Source: Candidatus Omnitrophota bacterium
Lineage (GTDB): Bacteria; Omnitrophota; Gorgyraeia; Aquiviventales; Aquiviventaceae
Length of the DNA: 64,000 nt
Direction of reading: 5' to 3'
Assembly: GCA_016209275.1 (NCBI GenBank)
Contig: JACQWM010000029.1
Location: forward strand, 2,692 to 66,691
A model generated the notes under the pieces. That model had not been told where the DNA came from and searched no databases. It saw only the letters and a program-made list of their open reading frames with translations. A program made the translations under genes and the position numbers. Positions 57,936 through 64,000 of this stretch are shown here, piece by piece. Position 1 is the first letter of the stretch. Every line of letters begins with the position of its first letter.

Positions 57936-59792
57936 CTAAAAGTCGGAGAGGGATTTCGGGGGGATCGAGGCGCGCAGGGCGTTGAGGATCGCCAGCAAAT
58001 CGATGGCCTCTTGGGCGAGTGCTCCGGCCACAGGCACGATATACCCGGCGGCGGCGAAGCCCATGCCGATGAGGCTCAGCCCCATGCCGCCCACCGCGCT
58101 TTGCAAGGCGATGCGGCGCATGCGCTCGCTGATGTGAAAGAACTGATCGATCTTGATCAGCGAGGAATCCATGATGACCACCCCGGCGGCTTCGGTGGTG
58201 ATGTCGCTGCGCTGGCCCATGGCAATGCCAACGGTGGCGGCCAGCAGGGCCGGCGCATCGTTGATGCCGTCGCCGACCATGAGGGTCTTGGCCGCAGCGG
58301 TTTCTCGGCGCACCAGCTCCACCTTCTGCTCCGGGCTTTGCTCCGCATACACCTCGGCAATACCCACGCGCTCGGCCAGATGCCGCACCTCGGATTCGCG
58401 GTCCCCGGAGACGACCAGAATGCGGTGCAGCGCGTGTCGCGGCCCAAGATGCGTGATGAATGACCGGCCCTCGGTGCGCGGCTGATCGCGGAACCGCAAG
58501 AGCGCGGCGAACTGGTCGCCGAGAAACACCAGGCATTCCATCCCGGCCGGCGGCGGCAGCGCGCCGGCCGCCGCGCGCTGCTCGGCGGTCAAGCTGCCGC
58601 GATTCATGATGCGCACGTGATGGCCGGCCACAACACCTGAGGGGCCCAGACCCGGCACCTCTTCAATGCGAGAGGCTTCCTGCAGGGCCAGGCGCTCTTT
58701 CGTGGCCGCCGCCAACACCGCGCGCGCCAAGGGATGCTTGGAATACCGCTCGATGCTCGCCGCCCATTGCAGCACCTCCTGCCGCAAGGCCCCGGGCGCG
58801 CACATGATATCCTCGAGCACCGGCGTGCCGTAGGTGAGCGTTCCGGTTTTATCGAAGATGGCGGTTTCGCACGTCGCGACTTGCTCCAAGACCACGGGCT
58901 TTTTCACGATGATCGCGTGCCGCGCGCACAGCGAAACGGCGCCGATGATCGCCACGGGAATGGCGATGAGCAGCGGGCACGGGGTGGCGATCACCAGCAC
59001 CGCCAAAAAGCGGCTCGACTCGCCGCTGAGCGCCCAGGCGGCGATGGCGATCCCCAGCGCCACCGGGGTATAGAAGGCCCCAAGCTGATCGCCCAAACGC
59101 CGCAGGCGCGGCTGATGCTGCGCTGAGGCGCGCATCACCTGCATGATCTTGGCGTAGCGGGAGTCTTCCGCGCGCTTGGTGGCACGGATCGTCAGGGCGG
59201 CCTCGCCGTTAATCGCGCCGGAGATGACCGTGGCTCCGGGCGCTTTCGACATCTCAAACGGCTCGCCGGTTAAGTACGACTCATCCATGACGCTGTGGCC
59301 TTCGATGACAACACCGTCCACCGGGGTGATTTCATGCGGAAAAATGACCAGCGTATCGCCCGGGGCGATGTCGGCGAGGGCCACATCGAGCAGCTGCGCG
59401 TTGTGCTTGCGATGCGCCACCGACGGCAGGCGCTTCGACAGCGCGCGCAAGACCGAGGAGGCGCGCGTCACCGCGTAGCCCTCCAAGGCGGTGCCGCCGG
59501 AGTACATCAGCACGATAATCGCCCCGGCCACGTATTCGCCCAGGATCACCGCGGTCAGGATGGAGAGTGCGGCTAAGACATCGGATCCCCACTCGCGGCG
59601 CAGCAATCCGCCGGCAATGTCGTAGAGCAACGGCGCGCCTCCGAGCAGAAGGATGCCTAGCAACGGGGCGTCATAGAGGGCGGCTGAGCTGCGGAGGATC
59701 CATCGCAGGATAACGTAGGCGGCCAGGGCCGCCAACGTGGCGATGGCGATCGCGGTGTGCTTGCGATCTAGCGAGGCGTCTTTGGCGTCCAT
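57936..59792 (-). CDS. Heavy-metal P1B-type ATPase (P1B-5-like)
   Basis: TGE, TPCP, DKTGT, HP, GDGINDAP, QEAID. Confidence 0.9.
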   Translation of the reverse strand: MDAKDASLDRKHTAIAIATLAALAAYVILRWILRSSAALYDAPLLGILLLGGAPLLYDIAGGLLRREWGSDVLAALSILTAVILGEYVAGAIIVLMYSGGTALEGYAVTRASSVLRALSKRLPSVAHRKHNAQLLDVALADIAPGDTLVIFPHEITPVDGVVIEGHSVMDESYLTGEPFEMSKAPGATVISGAINGEAALTIRATKRAEDSRYAKIMQVMRASAQHQPRLRRLGDQLGAFYTPVALGIAIAAWALSGESSRFLAVLVIATPCPLLIAIPVAIIGAVSLCARHAIIVKKPVVLEQVATCETAIFDKTGTLTYGTPVLEDIMCAPGALRQEVLQWAASIERYSKHPLARAVLAAATKERLALQEASRIEEVPGLGPSGVVAGHHVRIMNRGSLTAEQRAAAGALPPPAGMECLVFLGDQFAALLRFRDQPRTEGRSFITHLGPRHALHRILVVSGDRESEVRHLAERVGIAEVYAEQSPEQKVELVRRETAAAKTLMVGDGINDAPALLAATVGIAMGQRSDITTEAAGVVIMDSSLIKIDQFFHISERMRRIALQSAVGGMGLSLIGMGFAAAGYIVPVAGALAQEAIDLLAILNALRASIPPKSLSDF

Positions 59793-60583
59793 GCGTGGCG
59801 CGCCTTATCGATCAGCGCATAGGCGATCGGCGGCACCCACGGGCTGACATAGCGGCGGATGAATCCGTCGGTGGGCAGCACCCGGTAGAGGGTGGAGTGG
59901 CGCGCGGTGTGCTCCTGGGCCGGCCGCCCGTTGGAATAGTAGTAGAGGGCGAGGGATTTCCGCGTCACACCCTCGGGAGAGGCCAGCGGATGCGGATGGC
60001 CGTGGTACGACGTGCTGGTCGTCGAGAAGATGGCCATACGGTTGAAGCGCGGCGCAATCTTCTGTTGGCATGTGGTCATGGTCCGATCCCAGAGCTCTAA
60101 CTGGCCGCCCCATGCGTCCTGCCAGTCTTTATTCAGATAGACCAGCAGATTCAGGCGGCGGTCGAGCCCCCACTGCGGATGCTTGTTGAAATCGGCGTGG
60201 ATGGCCAGCTGGCCGCCCCGGACGGATTGGTGCATGCCCCCGCCGACGAAGTGCGGATCAGGGATCAGGTTGGGGATGCCGGTGAGCTGCTCGAGAAACC
60301 GCAGGAAAGTCGAGGAGTTGAGCTGATACAAAAACTGCCGAATGGGCAGCGGAAGTTGCGCCTCGTGTGTTGAACCGAGTTTCTGCTCGGTGGCGCTGCG
60401 GAACTGGTGCCACTCGATGTCGTTCGGGCCAGGAAAGACCGCGAGCAGCTGCTCCAAACGCTGCGGGTTGAAGAAGTCATCGATGGCGATGTGCGGAAAC
60501 GGCTGCGCGGTGTGATACGCCTGCGCGGAGGTTTTCGCCACCTCATCTAGCTGGAGGCGGGGATGCAGGATGGTCACATCCAT
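59768..60583 (-). CDS. 2OG-Fe(II) oxygenase (prolyl-4-hydroxylase-like)
   Basis: HADF, YLN..W...GG.LELW, HG..RKS. Confidence 0.85.
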   Translation of the reverse strand: MDVTILHPRLQLDEVAKTSAQAYHTAQPFPHIAIDDFFNPQRLEQLLAVFPGPNDIEWHQFRSATEQKLGSTHEAQLPLPIRQFLYQLNSSTFLRFLEQLTGIPNLIPDPHFVGGGMHQSVRGGQLAIHADFNKHPQWGLDRRLNLLVYLNKDWQDAWGGQLELWDRTMTTCQQKIAPRFNRMAIFSTTSTSYHGHPHPLASPEGVTRKSLALYYYSNGRPAQEHTARHSTLYRVLPTDGFIRRYVSPWVPPIAYALIDKARHAWTPKTPR

Positions 60584-60599
60584 GGCGGCACGAACGTGG

Positions 60600-61169
60600 T
60601 TAGTTGGCGGGAGAGATCTTCACAACCTTCACGGCAAAGTGCAGCGTTTTGCCGGCCAACGGATGATTTAAATTGAGGATCACCGTATCCTTATCCACTT
60701 TCGAGATGGTCGCGCGAAAGGGCTGGCCGTTCTTGCTCGTTCCCTGCAGCGCGAGACCGACGGCTGGCGTCATCTCCGGCGGCAGCTGGGTCTTTGGGAC
60801 CTCGACATACGCTTGCGGATCCACCGCGCCATACCCTTCCTCAGGAGCCACCGTCACATCACGCGCATCCCCCACTTTCAGCCCCGCGAGTTGTTTTTCC
60901 AAGCCCGGAATAATTTCTCCTTGGCCCTGCACGTAGCTCAAGGGGCTGCGGCCCTGGCTGGAATCCACGACCGCGCCATCGACGGTCAACGTGTAGTCGA
61001 TTTGCACCATCATGCCGTTTTGAATCCCGGCCGGCGCGGGAGCCGTTGCCGCGGGGGCGGCGGCTGGGGTTGCCGAGGCTTGCGGCTCCTCGGCGCGCGC
61101 ATGCGCCGCCACCAGGAGGCTGCCGACGGCGAAACCAAGACCGATGAAGACATCGGGACGAAGCACCAT
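60600..61169 (-). CDS. SlyD-like FKBP peptidyl-prolyl isomerase with N-terminal signal peptide
   Basis: IIPGLE, PEEGYG, NHPLAGKTLHF. Confidence 0.85.
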   Translation of the reverse strand: MVLRPDVFIGLGFAVGSLLVAAHARAEEPQASATPAAAPAATAPAPAGIQNGMMVQIDYTLTVDGAVVDSSQGRSPLSYVQGQGEIIPGLEKQLAGLKVGDARDVTVAPEEGYGAVDPQAYVEVPKTQLPPEMTPAVGLALQGTSKNGQPFRATISKVDKDTVILNLNHPLAGKTLHFAVKVVKISPAN

Positions 61170-61248
61170 CCAACCCTCCTCTGAACAACAGCCCCTATGT
61201 TTGCGTTCTGCGGCACTATAGCACAAACGCGCGCCGCTTCCTACTACG

Positions 61249-62070
61249 CTAAGACCTCCACTGCTGCGCGAGCAGCTCGCCGATGCGGCGGCTCACGCGC
61301 CGGTCGCTGAAATACCAACTATGTGATTCAAGCGAGCGCAGCAAGGGAACCTGCGCGATGGCCAAGCGCGTGATCCCGCGCCAGAGGCCGGCCGAGGCCC
61401 AGGCCGGGGCCAGGCGCAGATCTTCGTCGACGGCCTGGTGATAGGCGGCGTTGAGGGGCTTGAGCGGATAGCCCACCAGGTCTTCCGGGTAGAAAAAGTT
61501 CACCCAGATCTTCGGGCGGATCGGCTTCGTGAAATGCTCCAACCCGTAGCGCAGCCCGAAGAGCGCGATCGGCGAGCCCATCGTGAAGAAATTCACGAGG
61601 GCAAGCTGCGTAGGAAACTGGCCGGATTGCTGCAGCTCATAGACGCCGTCCGAGGCGATAACGGATCCCAGGCTGTGGCTGATGATGGTCAGCCGCGTGG
61701 GGGTCGTCGCACGGGCGGCGGCCTCCTCGGCGATGGCGCGCATGGCCTCGGCGAAGCGGCGTTGAATCTGGCCGTATTTATCCGGCGGATACGGCAGCTT
61801 CGCGTAGGCCACCACATCGCCGAGCGAGCTGACCATGAACTCGCGCAGCTTGCCGCGCACATCCAGCCGGCGCTTCAACGCATTCTGATCCGGCTGCACC
61901 ACGTCGGCCCAGGGCGCTTCGCGCCACGCCAGCGCCTCCGCCGGGGGCGCTCGGTGGCCGGCCTCGCGCACGCCGCGCGCAAACGCCTCGGTAATGCCGC
62001 GCTGAAACGCCGCCGGCAGCGTGTAGGGTTTCGTCCCCATTCCGTGCACGAACAGGATCACATGGCGCAT
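61249..62070 (-). CDS. Alpha/beta-hydrolase-fold protein
   Basis: FVHGMG, SHSLGS, TMGSP, D..GYPL, SH..Y. Confidence 0.75.
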   Translation of the reverse strand: MRHVILFVHGMGTKPYTLPAAFQRGITEAFARGVREAGHRAPPAEALAWREAPWADVVQPDQNALKRRLDVRGKLREFMVSSLGDVVAYAKLPYPPDKYGQIQRRFAEAMRAIAEEAAARATTPTRLTIISHSLGSVIASDGVYELQQSGQFPTQLALVNFFTMGSPIALFGLRYGLEHFTKPIRPKIWVNFFYPEDLVGYPLKPLNAAYHQAVDEDLRLAPAWASAGLWRGITRLAIAQVPLLRSLESHSWYFSDRRVSRRIGELLAQQWRS

Positions 62071-62101
62071 GCGCTGTTGCGTCCCATGCTACACCACATC
62101 G

Positions 62102-63355
62102 TCACCGGCGTTCAAGCGTGCGCGGATCAAAGCGCAGGCGGCGCAGCTGCGGCGCGAGCAGCGCCGTGCCGGCCACGATGCCGAGCGTGGCCACGCCGCC
62201 GACGGCGACACACGGGACGACGCCGATCAGCGAGGCTAGCATGCCGCTTTCAAACGCGCCCAGCTCGTTGGAGGCGCTGATGAACACCCAGCTGGCCGCC
62301 GCGATGCGGCCGCGCAAATGATCCGGGGACAGCAGCCGCACCGTCGAGCGGCGGATCACGACGCTGATCCCGTCGAAGATCCCGCTGAAAAACAGGGCGG
62401 CCATCGACAGCCAAAAGTGCCGGGACAGCGCGAAGACGATGATGCTCAGGCCGAAGCCCGCCACCCCCAGCAGCAGGTTGCGGCCGGCGCGCGCGATCGG
62501 GGGCCGGTGCGTGGCCATCAGCGTGATCACGAGCGCGCCCACCGCCGGGGCGGCGTTGAGCAGCCCCAGCCCTCGCGCGCCGACGCGCAGGATGTCATCC
62601 GCGTAGATCGGAAACAGCGCCACCGCCCCGCCGAAGAGGACGGCGAAGAGATCCAGCGCCATCGCGCCGACCAGCGGCTGATGAGAGAACACGAACCGCC
62701 ACCCGACGATCATGCGCTCCAGCAGCGGCTCGCCGGCGGTCGGCGGCGGCTGCGGCTTCGGGGCGATCAGCGCCGTGCACAGCCACGAGCCGACGAAGGC
62801 GGCGGCGATCAGCAGATACGAGCCGACCGCGCCCCACCATTCGAACGCGAAGCCGATGATCGCCGGCCCGGCGGCGGCGCACGTCAGCCACGTGCTGGTG
62901 ATCCACGAGGAGGCATTGACGGTGAGCGTTTTGGGCACCACCTGGGCCTCAAAGGCCGTATGGGCCGGATCGGCGAATCCGCGCGCAATGCCGGCGATGA
63001 AAATCACGACGTACAAGCCGATGAGCGAGGCGGCGTGCTGGGTGAGCGACAGCAGGGCCAGCGCGATGGCGCAGAGGCAGGACACCGACCGCGTGATCAG
63101 GAGGATCCGGCGCCGGTTGCAATGGTCGGCGACATAGCCGCCGATCAGAAAAAGCGAGATGGCGGGGATCGCCTCGACGAGCCCCAGCAATCCCAACGCC
63201 GCCGGTTGGCGGGTCAGCCGATAAATCTGAAAGCCGATGACCACCAGCAGCGAGCGGCCGGCGAGGGTAAAGCACGCGACCGCGGCGAGCAGCAGGCGCA
63301 CCTCGGCGACCTTCAGCGCATCGGCGAAGTGGCGGGGGGCTGGCTGATCAAGCAT
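62102..63355 (-). CDS. MFS transporter (EntS/MFS_3-like)
   Basis: GYVADHCNRRRI, LDLFAVLFGG, SNELGAFESG. Confidence 0.9.
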   Translation of the reverse strand: MLDQPAPRHFADALKVAEVRLLLAAVACFTLAGRSLLVVIGFQIYRLTRQPAALGLLGLVEAIPAISLFLIGGYVADHCNRRRILLITRSVSCLCAIALALLSLTQHAASLIGLYVVIFIAGIARGFADPAHTAFEAQVVPKTLTVNASSWITSTWLTCAAAGPAIIGFAFEWWGAVGSYLLIAAAFVGSWLCTALIAPKPQPPPTAGEPLLERMIVGWRFVFSHQPLVGAMALDLFAVLFGGAVALFPIYADDILRVGARGLGLLNAAPAVGALVITLMATHRPPIARAGRNLLLGVAGFGLSIIVFALSRHFWLSMAALFFSGIFDGISVVIRRSTVRLLSPDHLRGRIAAASWVFISASNELGAFESGMLASLIGVVPCVAVGGVATLGIVAGTALLAPQLRRLRFDPRTLERR

Positions 63356-63423
63356 GCGCAGAAACCATCAATTGTTGCGAGGAGGCGTGAGAGCCGTCTA
63401 GAGAGACGAAAACGGATATGTCC

Positions 63424-64000
63424 TCAACCTGAAATCAGCTCGTCTGTCGACTGCCACGGCACCGCGGTGATCCGCCGGCTGAGTTGCATGTTGCGTGGCA
63501 CGCGGCACACCAGATAGCCTTGCTTCGATGACGCGTATTCCTGGAGAAAAATCTCCAGTCCGCGAACATCGCCGAGTTGCGGTCGATCCGTCCATTTGAC
63601 TTCTACCGGGGTGTACGCGCCGTCATGGTCAATTACCCAATCGACTTCAGGGCCGTCCGGGTCGCGCCAAAAACGAATTTTCATCGCCGGGTGCTGGATA
63701 TGCGCGCAGCGCACGAGCTCCAGGCCCACGAACTGCTCAAATAACCGCCCGAAGGTCTCGCGGGACGGCCGGGAACCTTCGCGCGCGGCCAGACGCCGAA
63801 CCCCCAGGTCAAAGAATAGGTATTTCTCCGATTTCGTCAGCTTCTTGCGGGTTGCGCTGTGAGTCAGCGGTTCGATGCGCTCGGCAATCAGGCAGTCTTC
63901 GAGGATGTGGTAGTAGCCGGCGATCGTCGTGTGCGCCACGCCGATTTCCTGGGAGAGCTTGCGCGTATTAACAATGTTGCCGGATTCCGACGCCGCCAGC
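63424..64000 (-). CDS. AAA_14/DUF4143 protein (5' end off window)
   Basis: K.LFFDLG, GRLFEQFV, FWRDPDGPEVDWV..VEVK. Confidence 0.85.
   Translation of the reverse strand, partial: LAASESGNIVNTRKLSQEIGVAHTTIAGYYHILEDCLIAERIEPLTHSATRKKLTKSEKYLFFDLGVRRLAAREGSRPSRETFGRLFEQFVGLELVRCAHIQHPAMKIRFWRDPDGPEVDWVIDHDGAYTPVEVKWTDRPQLGDVRGLEIFLQEYASSKQGYLVCRVPRNMQLSRRITAVPWQSTDELISG

Noticed and set aside
62-63517. Long plus-strand ORFs opposite real genes (for example 62..634, 4864..6333, 52044..53807, 62318..63517)
   Set aside because: Antisense shadows of high-GC coding sequence with no recognisable motifs

Overview
GC-rich bacterial chromosomal segment, almost entirely coded on the minus strand. Gene style and short intergenic repeats suggest Ca. 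Omnitrophota/PVC, but this is a tentative inference. From left to right: (1) a nitrogen-type module (BBP2 porin, small leader ORF, stand-alone OmpR-type winged-helix protein) with two 11-bp-periodic GlnR-box-like arrays, plus a GlnR-like regulator and glutamine-dependent nadE about 13 kb away; (2) three tandem type IV minor-pilin cassettes (PilV/PilW/PilX-like), each headed by its own c-di-GMP-I (GEMM-I) riboswitch; two aptamers carry a 34-bp palindrome in the P3 loop, one leader is a mosaic of the other two, one pilV has a nonsense codon and one PilX is split into two genes; (3) a Fur-DUF2292-TonB receptor-ExbBD-TonB-ZIP metal uptake operon; (4) a TCA operon led by a natural malate dehydrogenase-citrate synthase fusion, followed by sucCD and nifU-C; (5) TetR, cydAB, lexA and an AT-richer island (adenine MTase, SphI-like HNH endonuclease, DUF5131); (6) a roughly 20-kb co-oriented block joining a clade II nos cluster to a group 3b [NiFe] hydrogenase and hyp genes; (7) a REC-Fis regulator, cysK, brnTA, a P1B-5 ATPase and miscellaneous genes. 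No rRNA, tRNA, CRISPR array or transposase was recognised. All family assignments come from motif recognition by eye, without database searches.
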